Part shown: in pieces, positions 1 to 12,067 of the stretch
Position numbering within the stretch: the stretch's first letter is position 1
How the letters are laid out: each line of letters starts with the position of its first letter
Source: Glaucostegus cemiculus
Taxonomy: Eukaryota
DNA length: 64,000 nt
Direction of reading: 5' to 3'
Assembly: GCA_976551045.1 (NCBI GenBank)
Contig: CDPCPM010000017.1
Span: forward strand, 372,001 to 436,000
Position numbers and translations under genes: made by a program
Notes under the pieces: model-generated
What the model was told of the DNA's origin: nothing
The model's database searches: none
The model's input: the letters and a program-made list of their open reading frames with translations, nothing else

Positions 1-39
1 TCACAGACCTTCCATCTTTTTCTCTTTGCTCCTTTCCCC

Positions 40-170
40 TTTCTCTGCAACTTAAAACTTTTCCTAGTTGAAATGAACGATCATTGACCTGAATGAAACA
101 TTAACTCTGTTTTTCTCCCAAGAGATGCTGCCTGACCTGCCAGACATTTCCGGCTTTTGCTGTTTCCTTC
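40..170 (+). mobile_element. Penelope-like element 3' terminus with degenerate hammerhead-like motif
   Basis: Matches the recurrent motif ...gacctgaaac-ttaactctgttt-ctc-cagatgctgcctgacctgc seen downstream of GIY-YIG remnants elsewhere in the window. Confidence 0.6.
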
Positions 171-180
171 CCATTCTTAT

Positions 181-945
181 CTATAGAGTCATACAGCATG
201 GAAACAGGCCCTTTGGCCCAACTTGTCCATGTTGACTGTGTTGCCCAATGAGCTAGTCCCACCTGCCCACATTTGGCCCATAGCCCTCTAAACCTCTCCT
301 ATCCATGTTGCCTGGATTGGAGAGCATTTCTTATGAGGATAGGTTGAGTAAGCTGGGGCTTTTCTCTTTGGACAGAAGGAGGATGAGGTGTGACTTGATA
401 GAGGTGTACAAGATGATAAGAAGCATAGATTGAGTGGACAATCAGAGGCTTTTTCCCAGGGCAAAAATGTCTAACACGAGTGACATAATTTTAAGGTGAT
501 TGGAGAAAGGTATGGGGGGATATCAGAGGTAAGTTTTTTTTACACAGAGTGGTGGGTGCATGGAACGCATTGCTGACAGAGGCTGTGGGGGCAGATACAT
601 TAGGGACATTTAAGTGACTCTTAGATAGCCACACGAATGATAGAAAAATGGAGGACTACAAGGGAGGGAAGGGTTAGATAGATCTTCGAGCAGGATAAAA
701 TTTTGGCACAACGTAATGTGCCGAAAGGCCAGTACCGTGCTGTAGTATTCTATGTACTTATCCAGATGGGTTTTAAGTGTTGCTAATGTGCCTGCCTCAA
801 CCACTATTTCTGGCAGCTCATTCCAAATATGCACTACTCTCTGTGTGAAGGAGCTGCTCCTTATGTCCCTTTTAAATCTCTCCTCTCTGATCTTAAACCT
901 GTGCCCTCTTGTTTTTAGTACCCCCTCCCTGGGAAAAAGACAATA
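181..945. mobile_element. Nested CR1 LINE 3' ends: a + strand copy (~306-751) inserted into a - strand copy (181-305 and 752-945)
   Basis: CR1 tail motifs (gggccgaaaggcc..gtgctgta; agaaggaggatgagg..gacttgatagaggtgtacaag) occur in opposite orientations; the minus copy reads continuously once the insert is removed. Confidence 0.8.
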
Positions 946-949
946 TGCT

Positions 950-1668
950 TGAACTTGTCAAGAAGGAACTTGTAGAATGCCTACCAGAGGGCTTTGAAGA
1001 GCAGCTTGTGGTCGAGCCCACTAGGCAAAAGGCAATTCTGGATTTGGTGTTGTGCAGTGAACCAAATTTGATTAGGAAGCATAAGGTAAAGGAATTCTTT
1101 GGAGAAAGTGATCAGAATATGATAGAATTCACCCTGCAGTTTGAGAGGGAGAAGCTGAAATCGGATATATCAGTATTAAAGTTGAGTAAAAGTAACTACG
1201 GAGGCATGAGGGAGGAGCTGGCCAAAATTGATTGGATGGGGACCCCAGCAGGGATGATGGTAGCGCAGCAATGGCAGGAGTTTCTGGAAGTAATTCGGAA
1301 GATGCAGCACCAGTTCATCCCAAAAAGGAAGAAACGCTCTAAAGGGAGAATGAGGCAACCGTGGCTGACAAGGCAAGTCAAAGGCAGCATAAAAGCAAAA
1401 GAGAGGGCATACAATATTGTTAACATTACTGGTAAGTGAGACGATTGGGAAAAAGCCAACAGAAGGCAACTATAAAAAGCAATGAGGGGAGAAAAGATGA
1501 AATATGAAAGTAAGCTAGCCAATAATATAAAAGAAGATACCAAAAGTTTTTCAAGATGTATAAAGAATAAAAGACAGGCAAGAGTGGACATTGGACCGCT
1601 GGAAAATGATGCTGGAGAGATTGTAATGGGAAACAAAGAAATAGCAGACGAACTGAATAAATACTTTT
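950..1668 (+). mobile_element. CR1 LINE ORF2 fragment (APE endonuclease C-terminus and linker), broken by stops/frameshifts
   Basis: ORFs 909-1439 and 1482-1766: EPTRQKAILDLVL, GESDQNMIEF (GxSDH-like), PWLTRQVK, KEIADELNKYF. Confidence 0.9.
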
Positions 1669-1994
1669 CCTGTCTCTCTGCAGCCGACGATCGTCTTCCT
1701 CAATTTACACCTCCTCCAGACAGATCAGCTGTGATTTACAAGCATTTATCACCCTCTCTTAGGTGACATCAACATGTCACCAGGATTCTCCTGGTCACCA
1801 CCCTATCACAGACATTGCCTTTGTTGTCTCCCCCTCTCCACACCTTTGGGAGACCCTCAAATGTGGGGACGTGGTTACAAGGTTGGGGCTTACTGCACTT
1901 TTTCGTGACTGCTATACAAGAACACTCAATCTTGTTCTGCATCAGCACTTCCCAAATAATACCAGTTAACAACACAACCCAAATGTTTTATGTT

Positions 1995-2190
1995 TATTGA
2001 TTTGTTGTCACATGTACCAAGATACAGTGAAAAACTTTTGTTTGTGTGCCATCCAGGCAGACCGTGCTATACATATGTACACTGAGGTAGTAAAAGAAAG
2101 CAGAATGCAGAATATAGTGTTGCAGCCACAGAGGAAGTGCAGCACAGATAGACAAATAAAGTGCAAGGGCTACGACGAGCTAGATTGAGA
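1995..2190 (-). mobile_element. Rex1/Babar LINE 3' tail (resident family)
   Basis: ttgtcacatgtac..gatacagtgaaaaac..cagaatgcagaata tail, the same as the tail of the ORF-bearing copy at 54141-55030. Confidence 0.75.
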
Positions 2191-2196
2191 GATGCC

Positions 2197-2456
2197 ATAG
2201 AATAATACAGCACAATACAGGCCCTTCGGCCCACCATGTTGTGCCGACCTTCAAACCACACCTAAGACTATCTAACCCCTTCCTCCCACATATCCCTCTA
2301 CCTTAAATTCCTCCATATGCTTATCTAACAATCTCTTGAACTTGTCTAACGCATCAGCCTCCACCACTACTCCAGGCAATGCATTCCATGCACCAACCAC
2401 TCTCTGGGTGAAAAACCTCCCTCTGACATCTCCCTTGAACTTCCCACCCATTACCT
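2197..2456 (-). mobile_element. CR1 LINE 3' end
   Basis: acagcacaatacaggcccttcggcccaccatgttgtgccgacc tail and the CR1 ORF2 C-terminus. Confidence 0.8.
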
Positions 2457-3401
2457 TTCTGTATTACTTACTAAAGTGAATGAACTGGAGATGCTGTGTC
2501 TTTGTCTACTCATCAATCTGTCAAGCGACACTGGGACCTCTTGGCATCACAACTCACAATCCAACCTGATGTTGGCAAACTTCAAAATAGTACTTGCTGC
2601 ATCCCTCATCCAAATTATTGATATATTTTGTTGATAACTATGACCGTGTGGGGTTGGCTACTGTAAATTGTCCCTAGTGTAGGTGGGTGAGAGGAGACTC
2701 AGGGAGTAGTTTATGAGCATGTGAGAAGGAATAGATCACAGGAAAGAAAAGGTTGATGGAAATGCCAATATAGACTCAATAAACCGAACGGTCACCTATA
2801 TGGTCAAGAACATATGAAATGTGAAATATAAAGTCAAGCCCTGCTTCTGATCATGTTCATCTCACATTGCATGATTAATTACTCCCAAGAGTTCTATTAA
2901 AATGTGGAAATATATATAGAAATGTGAGAATCATTGCAAAATAAATTCAAAACTTATAAAATGGATTTCATTGAGAAAACTTGCAGAATATTGGATCACT
3001 TTAGTACGATTGTTGAGTATGCTAAATGAGTTCAAGAAGGACACATCCATTTTTCAGTCCTTCTCTTCTTAGCCAATCCCTTAGGATTGAGGATGACTTG
3101 CTTCTCCTCCCGTTCTGTATGCTCTGAGGTGACGAATATGAGTTCAGCAAATTCTACCACAGGTGAGGTCAGAGGTGCCTGACAGGGCAGGCAGGTGGGT
3201 TTTGAGCTGGTGTGCTGTTTACACTGGTCTTGTGTGTGCTTCCAACACATGGGCTTGAGTTTCTCTATATAAATTCAGATGCTTCTCTGCCTTAAGTGAT
3301 CATAGCCAGCAAATCCCTGAAGTCAGTGGGGATGTTACATTTTTCCCAAGGAGGCTTGAAGCACTTGCATGAATCTTTTCCTCAGGTAGTCATTTCCCAT
3401 G

Positions 3402-4046
3402 TGTTACAAACCAGCAACAAAAGAAACACACTGAGTCATGTATACACGTTAAAAACTATTTTATTAATAACTACTTATGATAAGAAGAAAAATAAAAGTA
3501 AAAATGTTAGAATGCTAGAAGTAAAGATGTTAAATTATAAACATTAACCCCAAAAACTAAACTTGAAGTGTTTGTGTGGCAAATTCCCAAACTCCAAGTC
3601 CAGGAATGGTTCTTATCAGTTCAGCACGCCATATGGTGAAACGTGAAATGTGAGCAAAGGCATTTTCAACAACCATCTCTATATCTATGTTTTGACTGAA
3701 GACAAAATGTAGATATAGAGAGAACATAGAGAGTAATTATGAAATCCAAATGTTCTACTTTGGAACCCAAACGACACCTCAGTGTCTACTCAAATCGTGG
3801 CCATCCACACAAATACCTGTTTCCTTCTACAGGTCAACAACAAAGTGAACTCCAATACTTTGTTCTGAAGTATCTGCCACCCTGAAAAGCATCCGAGAAG
3901 TGGCCATCCCCACCAATACTTGTTTCCCTCTACAGGTTAACGACAAAGTGGACTCCACTGGATTACTCCAAAAATCCATATGTGGATTGTAGTGACAGGC
4001 ACAGTTACTGTTTTTCATCCATCAATAGAGACTAGCAGGCTGCTGC

Positions 4047-4079
<33 letters not shown>

Positions 4080-4216
4080 TCTCTCTTCAGACTGACTCCA
4101 ACTGACTGCTCCAAAAACATTATTACGTCCTTTATCTTCTGTTGACATAACTACGCCAACACACACCACGCTCTATCTTAAAGGGACATTCACCAATAGT
4201 AACTCAGTTTATAACA
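3402..4216 (-). mobile_element. Solo LTR (815 bp), probably Gypsy-type
   Basis: Starts TGTTACAAAC and ends GTTTATAACA (9/10 inverted match); CATG on both sides (3398-3401, 4217-4220); minus-strand AATAAA near 3460; internal ~60-bp direct repeat (3797 and 3900) and (CT)n. Confidence 0.85.
4046..4086. repeat. (CT)n microsatellite inside the solo LTR
   Basis: Direct reading. Confidence 0.95.
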
Positions 4217-4959
4217 CATGACAGAGGGAGGAATAGAGTGTCTATTTCAGAAGTCCGGTATTGGGCAAGGAAACAATGTGGCCTTCCCAGTGAAACTGAC
4301 TGTAATGAGAACTTCAATACTGGGGATATTGACCTGAGATTTCAATAACCTTGGATACACAGAACAAAATTAATCAGGCTCTTGACACAAAGAAACAGAA
4401 ATGAAAACCTAAAGTCCTTTACAAACAATGAAATATCTTTGAACTGTAATAAACTACTATATCAACATACTGATGGAAGCCAGTATTTGCAGAGCAAGAG
4501 GGCACAACCAGCAATTTGACAACAATCATGTCCATTGTTTTTAATAATGAAGTTTGACTGATAAATGTTGCCCAGGGAGCAACTCCGAGAAGTCCACTAC
4601 TCTCTGACAAAACACACAATGTACAAATGCATGCCCAAGACATTTATAAGTTTGTAGAACATGTGTACATTGCTATACCAAGACCCTAATTTTTACTTGA
4701 CAGTTACTGCCTTCAATAAAAGTGTTCTGTTTACAGTATGACCTCCATCTATTTACTCATGCAGAAACACAAGGAATCTCAGAGACACTACACTGGGGTT
4801 GAATGTTGGATGTTGCTGCTTGAGGGAGGAGCAACAGTGATCTAATATGAGGAAAGTAAAGGATGGGGTTAGAACAATGACAGAGGTAGGCAACAGATGT
4901 GTCAGCTATATCGGTGAGCTTCAGAGACATGAGGGGAGTCAGCATCCCTTCCATCTATT

Positions 4960-5240
4960 GGTAATTGGCTAATTATTGTCACATGTACTGAGATACAATG
5001 AAAAGCTTTTTTTTTGCATGCCAGCCAGACAGGTCATTCCATACATAAATGCTTCAAGGTAGTGCAAAAGGAAAATAACAGAATGCAGAATATTGTGTTA
5101 CACTTGCAGAGAAAATGCAGTACAGGAGACAAATGCAATGCAAGGGACATGACAAGGTAAATTGAGAGATCAAGAATTCATTGGTATCATACAGTTTTAT
5201 AACAGCGGGATAGAAGCACCCTTGAGCCTGGTGGTAGGTT
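4960..5240 (-). mobile_element. Rex1/Babar LINE 3' tail
   Basis: attattgtcacatgtactgagatacaatgaaaagc..gcgggatagaagc..cttgagcctggtgg. Confidence 0.75.
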
Positions 5241-5269
5241 ACATTCCTGAAGGCAATGATTTTGTTGAG

Positions 5270-5580
5270 GAGATGACGTAGCCCATCAAACCTATGTCAA
5301 CTCTCAGATCAATCTCATCAGTCCCATTCCCACACATTTCCATGTAACCCACCCTTCTTCAGGTGCCCATCAACCTCCCCCTGATTTTCCCACCTCCCAC
5401 CCACACTAGGAACAATTACAGTGGCCAACTAACCAGCCAGTGTGTGTCTTTGGGATGTGGGAAGAAACTGGAGCACCCAGCGGAAAAGTACGCAGTCACA
5501 GGAAGAACTCGCAAATTCCATACAGACAGCACCAGAGGTCAGGATTGAACTGCAAGGCAGAAGTAGTGCCTGTGCCACAC
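5270..5580 (-). mobile_element. tRNA-derived V-SINE (decayed)
   Basis: gggatgtgggaagaaactggagcaccc..cacaggaagaac..caaattccatacagacagcacc is the reverse of the V-domain and tRNA head. Confidence 0.75.
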
Positions 5581-6119
5581 ATTGTCAAGTCTATTGGTGC
5601 CACAAACTACAAACAAGGTCTGAATAAAACCTTTGAAGGATCATTTTAACTTGGGTGATCAGAGATTTTTGAGAACTACATGCTTGGTAATATACAGGAC
5701 CAGGCTAAAGATATTGGCATAAAGATTAGATCAGACCTTGTGCAAATGCTCAGTGTGTGAAGACTAGGGTATAAGGGCATTTGGGGAAACTTAATACAGT
5801 GGACCTACCATCTGAATGACCTTGTAGGCTTGCACTTAAAAACATGAGGCAGTTTTGCTGCAGGTACAATTCTGAGGTGCGAGTGTGGAACAAGCCCACA
5901 ATGAATGGTAATGGATTTGTGAGATTTTTCTTCATAGCTAGGTCATGTGTACATGAGGTTTGGTGGGTAACCAGTCCCTTACCCACAAATGGACAGAGGC
6001 CAAGTCTCAGCCTTGTGATTTCTTGAGAAAATCAAATTGAGAACCTACTCTTTTCAAGATGGCTTGTGTTACAGCTGTTACAGTCATCCTGTTATAGGTT
6101 GGATACAATAGGCTAAGTT

Positions 6120-7000
6120 TATAGAACATTACAGCACAGTACAGGCCCTTCGGCCCACAATGTTGTGCCAACATTTTATCCTGCTCTAAGATCTATCTAA
6201 CCCTTCCCTACTGCATAGCCCCCCATTTCTCTATCACTCATGTGTCTATCTAAGCGTCTCTTAAATGTCCCTGATGTATCTGCCCCCACAACCTCAGCTG
6301 GCAGTGTGTTCCATGCACCCACCACTCTCTGTGTAAAAAACTTACCTCTGACATCCCCTAAATATCTTCCTCCAGTCACCTTAAAATTATGTCCCCTCGT
6401 GTTAGCCATTTTCGCCCTGGGAAAAAGTCTCTGACTGTCCACTCGATCAATGCCTCTTATCATCTTGTACATCTCTAATCCTCTTTCTCTCTAATAGAAA
6501 CATAGAAAAACTACAGCACAATTCAGGCCCTTTGGCCCAAAAAGCTGTGCCGAGCATGTCCTTACCCTAGAAGTTACAATGAGAAAAGCCCTAGCTCACT
6601 CAACCTATCCTCATAAGACAAAAAGAGTCCAGCTGGGATACAGTACATACGTACAAACTTAGACATATTATATTCAGTTCTGTCATCAAAGTCAATGATA
6701 CATAGAAATACAGAGCACAGAAAAGAGCCTTTCAGCCACCTCATCCATGCCAACCTTGATGCCTATCTATACTAATCCCATTTGTCCACATTGGGCCCAT
6801 ATCCCTCTCTGCCTTTCCTATTCAGGCACCTGTCCAAACATTTTTTAAAAGTTGTGATTATATCTGCCTCCACCACCTTCCCTGGCAGCTTGTTCCAGAT
6901 ATTCACCACCCTCTGTGTGGAAGGCTTGCCCCTCATATCACCTTTAAATTTCTCCTCTCTCCTCTTAAATCTGTGCCCTCTAGTTCTGGACTTTACTGTA
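6120..7000 (-). mobile_element. Cluster of CR1 LINE 3' ends
   Basis: ORF 6197-6472 YKMIRGIDRVDSQRLFP..TRGHNFKV..FFTQRVVGAWNTLP; further tails start at ~6495 and ~6700. Confidence 0.85.
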
Positions 7001-7059
7001 CTGAGAGAAGACTCTATCTTACCAAAAAATTCAAAATATTTGCAGCTGACATATTATGT

Positions 7060-7820
7060 TCTTACAATGGAAGGAGTGCAACAAAGGTTCACCAGATTGT
7101 TTCCTGGATGATAGGTTTGTCATGGGAGGAGCAACTAAGCAGATCAGGCCTGTGCTCACTGGAGTAACAAACAAGAAGCTGGAGGAACTCAGCGGGTCAG
7201 GCAGCATCTGTGGAAGGAAATGGACAGTCGACATTCTGGATCGAGACCCTTCATCTGGACTGAAAGATAGAGGGGAGATAGTATCAGGAGGTGAGGGGAA
7301 GGGGTGGAGCTAGATGGAGACCCAAGAGACTGCAGATGCTGGAATCTAGAGCAACAAATGAGAAGCTGGAGAAGGTGGCAGGTCAGGCAGCATCTTTGAA
7401 GGGAAGCATCTGTGGAGAGCAGATTAGGCCTGTGCTCTCGAGTTCAGAAGATTGAGAAGCGATCACATTGAAGCACACAATATTCTTACAGGTTCGGCAG
7501 GGCAGAAGCAAGAATGATGTTTCTCTTGGTCAAGGTGTCTGGAACCAGAGGTCACAATATCAAAGGAAGGAATTGGCCGTTTGAGACAGAGATATAGAGC
7601 ACTTTCTTCAGAGGTTGACAAATCTTTTGAATTCTCGACCCAGAAGGGCCACAAAGGCTCAGTCGCTGAGTATATTCAACACAGAGATCAACACATGTTT
7701 AAATCAAGTGACATTGAGTAAATGCAGTGAAATGGCAGAGAGGAAAAAGATCAGCCACAACTTTCATAGACGGTGGAGCAGGCATGAGGGGCTAAATGGC
7801 CAAATCCTACTTCTATTTCT
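7060..7820 (+). mobile_element. Old CR1 LINE 3' fragment interrupted by a Penelope-terminus insert
   Basis: MEGVQQRFTRLFPG motif; the CR1 sequence resumes at 7418. Confidence 0.75.
7161..7417 (-). mobile_element. Tandem partial Penelope termini with hammerhead-like motif, flanked by a ~20-bp duplication
   Basis: agcagatcaggcctgtgctc (7138-7157) vs agcagattaggcctgtgctc (7418-7437); minus strand 7262-7225 reads CAGTC-CAGATGA-AGGGTCTCGATCC-AGAA-TGTC-GACTG. Confidence 0.75.
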
Positions 7821-8373
7821 TGAGTTCTCATTTCTAAAGGATCTACAAGTAGGGAAATGAAAAACAGTTTCGCTCAAGATTCGACATGAAGTATAGGCAA
7901 GGAGAAGCTGAAGGAGATCGAAATAGAAACATTCTTTTTCATGACCATATCATATAGTTGCTGCAAGCACAATGGCAGCAAGAAAGTAGGTCATGTGTGT
8001 GCCAGAGGCAGGAAGGTTGTGAATTCTATGGCTGGAAATGGAGAGAGACCTGGTTATAATGGTTATGGAAGGCTTTTAGCATCAGAATGTTTGCTTCGAG
8101 TGGTGGAATAGGACAGATTAGACATTGCAGATCTCTGTGGAAGGCAACTGCTGATAAGGACAGTCCTGAGGCAGTAATACCCAAATTTGGAAGTTGGAGA
8201 GCGAAGGGTTAGAATTGGGTACGTTCAGTAGATTTAGTGTTCACCTGACAATACATTATTGACAATACATTGCCAGCTTCCTTACCAATTGAGGAGTGCA
8301 TATATCAATGTGTGTGTTGTCACTGCTGCAAGCCAGTCTGTTGGAGCAAGATGTGTGCCAAAAATATCTCAAG

Positions 8374-9197
8374 CAGAATCAGAATCAGAATCATTTTATT
8401 GTCACAACCATATACACACACACAGTATGCATAGGAGTGAGATACCGTCCTCCACAGGGTGCACGTCACATTAAATAACAGGCAAAAAAATGACACACTG
8501 ACACACACACTACATAAAAACATTAAAACCACGAAAATTAAATTAAATACAGCAGGTTAAATAAATAGATTTAAAGTGAACGAACTGGTAGCGGGCATTT
8601 AAAGTGCTGGTGCATTTCTAAGCGCCTAGCACCCTTTAGTGTTAACAGGGTAGATGGAGGAATGAGAGAGTTCACAGTTCTGATGGCTTGTGGGAAGAAG
8701 CTATTGCACAGCCTCGTCGTTCTCGCCCTGATGCACTTGAGCCTCTTTCCAGATGGCAAGAGTGTGAAGAGATGATGGGATGGGTGAGAAGGATCCGACA
8801 TTATATTTTTGGCCTTCCTAACACAATGGTCCTTGTATATGTCTGCGATGGAGGGGATAGAGACATCTATGATCCTCTCCGCTGTCCTTACTATCCTCTG
8901 GAGGGACTTCCGTCCAGCAGCTGAGCAGCTCCCAAACCAGACAATGATACATTGTGTTAGGATGCTCTCGATGGTCCCTCTATAGAAAGTTTTCATTATC
9001 GAGGGATGGGAGCTCACTTTCCTCAGTCTCTGCAAGAAGTAGAGGCGTTTCTGGGCCTTCTTAGTGAGGGCCATGGTGTTAGTGGACCAGGTCAGGTCAT
9101 CAGTGATGTGCACCCCCAGGAACTTGGTGCTGCCTACTTGTTCTACAGCAGACCCATTGATGGTCAGCGGGGCGTGCACATGGCGACCAGGTCATTG
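8374..9197 (-). mobile_element. Young Rex1/Babar LINE, 5'-truncated, with open ORF2 C-terminus
   Basis: ORF 8571-9179: KFLGVHITDDLTWS, KKAQKRLYFL, IESILT, DPSHPSHHLF, SFFPQAIR; (TGATTC)n tail. Confidence 0.92.
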
Positions 9198-10879
9198 CAG
9201 CAGAGTAAAATGGTGTCAGGTACCAATACAGGCGGGACTCCCAAATTATAGGGGAGTTGGACCTAGAGGGGAGATGGACTTCCAGGTTGCCAGTGGAGGC
9301 AGATAGCATCTGTTACCTGTTGTGGTAGTGGGCTAGAACTGTACACCTGCAAATGATGGGCATTGAAAGGATTGAGACTGAGACTCCTCAGGGATTGTGC
9401 ATCAGTGGGTGGAGCCACTCTGGGCGTGCTCTGATTGTTGCCACTGAGTCTGCATCCACCACCATTTCAGATTAAATTTCTGAGTGAAAAATAAATTCTC
9501 CTCTTCTGAGGCAAAACCTCATATTTTTATGCACTCAAATGTTGTGCCCTGTGACTGCCCAGGAGAGAGTTTTAGCCAGGGAATTAATTCTGTAATGTTC
9601 TCACAATTATCAGGGTAAATACAGCAGATAATCAGTGCAGGGCAATGTACCTCCAATGAGATATTGATTAGAAAGGCTGATTGTGGTATTTTTCATAAAG
9701 CAATAACCATTAGCCAGGATTCCTGGAGGAGTCGACATTGTTTTTAATCTGTCCTGCCAGAAAACTGTTTTGCATCAGAAGGGCCCTCATTTAGCCTCTC
9801 ATCCAAAGGTAGACCCAGAACAATCGAGAGCTCCTTGGGCACTGCACTAGCATGGCAGCCTATTTTATTTGCTTGTGTAATTGACTTGCAAATTTCCAAG
9901 TCTTGAACCTGCAAACTTCTGGCTGGAAGCAAGAGTGAGTTAAATAAACTTTCAAGATTTATGCATAAATGGTAAATACATCTGGTTGTGTCAGACCTAA
10001 AAATGATCTTGCTTTCACTGCATCCTTTAAAATCTTTAATATAGTCTGAAGGTCCTTTCTATAACCTTCCCATTCATACTTAGCTCTAAGCACCCTTATT
10101 GTGCCAGATCACTGCATCATACAAGTGAAGGTGATTTACTAACGAAGCACACATAATCAAAACATGTTTCAGTTTTTTTTAAACTCCTAAGATCTCAGAT
10201 ATAAATATGCAACATTGAAAAATACAGTGCTTTTTGAAGAGACAAATGCAATGATGGCTTTTCAAAGGCACATCATAAATATTTAAAGGATATTACATTA
10301 GAGTTGGGCACAAATGTGTTCAATGACATGATCAGTGATGTGGAAATGTCATTGCTACAGAGATCAAATCTACCAAGAGTTATTCTATAAATAGAAGTGA
10401 AAATTGAAGAGAGAGGTAAACAATGTATATTGACAAAGTTTTGAAATAGTGACTTCCAGTCGGGATCTAGGATATTTGATTTGAGGCATTGCAGGGTTTT
10501 TTTCCGGTATCCGTCCTTATCCTACAGTGATTAAGTCCTTATTACCTGAAGTCCTTAAATTCATTCTGGAATTATTGAATGTTTTAAGTCCAGCTCTCTC
10601 AGCAGTTTGGTGGTTAATTGTGGCTGAGTGCTGACCTAAACATACAAGGAAGGTCAAAGCTGCAAAAAATGGCTTAAGATTTAGATGATTTGGAACTTTT
10701 TGTGATAGATTGTTAGATGTTGTGGCACAGACTGCAAGTGACCTCACTTTCTCTAGTGAACTCTGCAGCATTCAGACCTCAACCATGCACAAGACAGACA
10801 ACTGTCTTCCCAAACTCCACCAATAAAATTGCTTGGGTATAGTTATTCTGAGATCAAGCAGTAACCAGTCAGGCATCAC

Positions 10880-11770
10880 AGGGATCGGTGCTTAGACCTC
10901 AGCGGTACAAATCAATGATTTGGATGATGGAACAGTAATCAATGTTTCAAAATTTGCCAGTAACACTAAATTAAGTGCGAATGTAAATTGCAAGGAGACG
11001 CAAAGAGATTCCAAGGAGATTTAGACAGCTTGAACAAGTAGGGAAAACATGACAAGTGCTGCATAACCAGGGCAGATGTGGAGTTATCCAATAGTAAGGA
11101 AAACAGAGAGGAAAAGAGCATTATTTAAATGATGTTCACTTGAATAGAGCATTATTTAAATGGTTGACATTTTGAGACTTCAGTACTCTTGTACACGAGA
11201 CTTCGGTACTCTTGTACACCAGACATCGAAAGCAAACGTGCTGGTGTAGCAAGCAGTTAAAAGGCAAATGATACGTTGGCCTTCGAAGCAAGAGGATTTG
11301 AGCACAGGAGCATGGAAGTCTTGCGACAATTATGCAGGGACTTGGTGAGACCACACCTGGAGAATTGTGTGCAGTTTTGGTCTCTTTAGCCAAGGATGTA
11401 CTTGGCTTTGAAGGAGTAAAATAAAGCTCCAACAGACTGATGCCTGGGACAGTGAGTTAGATAGACTGAATGTGGAAAAAATGATTCTCCAGACAGGGGA
11501 GATCCAGAACAAAGGACCATCATCTCGTGTTACAGAGCAAGAGCTTTAGGACTGAGATGAGGAAAAACCTGTGGAATCCATGACTGTAGAGGCCAACTCA
11601 CTGAAAACTGTTAAGAAGGAGGTAGATAAATTTCAAAACACAAAAGGCATCAATGAATATGAGAAAAGGGGCAGGAATATGGGATTGTAGCAGATGATCA
11701 GCAGGATCATAATGAATGGTGGAACAGGTTCCAAGGGCTGAATAACCTACTCCTGTTTCTATTTTCTATT
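10880..11770 (+). mobile_element. Old decayed CR1 LINE RT/3' fragment
   Basis: atcaatgatttggatg..aaatttgcc (INDL/KFA motifs), ttggtgagaccacacctggag..tgtgtgcagttttggtc (LVRPHLE-CVQFW). Confidence 0.75.
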
Positions 11771-12067
11771 TTTCTGTGTGTGGTTAGGGATTGATTTTAC
11801 AAGAACTGTCATGGTATGAAATAGAAACATGCAATACAATATTTAGCTTTTGTTTTGAAAGGATGATGAATGTTATCCCAAACACCTCTCTGGCTTTAGA
11901 CTGGTACAGTCATCAGAAACTGAAGCAAGCCAATTATGTCTGACATCAATTTGATGCTTCTGTACTGTGTCCAGAACCCAGTGAGTTAGCATTATGTCAG
12001 GAGCCAACATCTTTATTTCTCTGTTGAGTCATATACTTTGTGACTAACACCTAACTGCCATTCATGG

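Larger units (their letters stand above)
3050..4340 (-). mobile_element. RTE-clade LINE 3' fragment split by a solo LTR
   Basis: Reverse strand gives a decayed C2H2-like end (TCGRIC..HLRA) at ~3120-3180 and WAGH/RLPK/LYSEL-like remnants at ~4220-4300; a related fragment lies at ~19130-19450. Confidence 0.65.

Noticed and set aside
11116-11219. Short direct duplications (17 bp, and a 23-bp tandem at 11174-11219); similar ones at ~12342 and ~54129
   Set aside because: Local slippage or junction duplications inside dead LINEs, with no sign of function.
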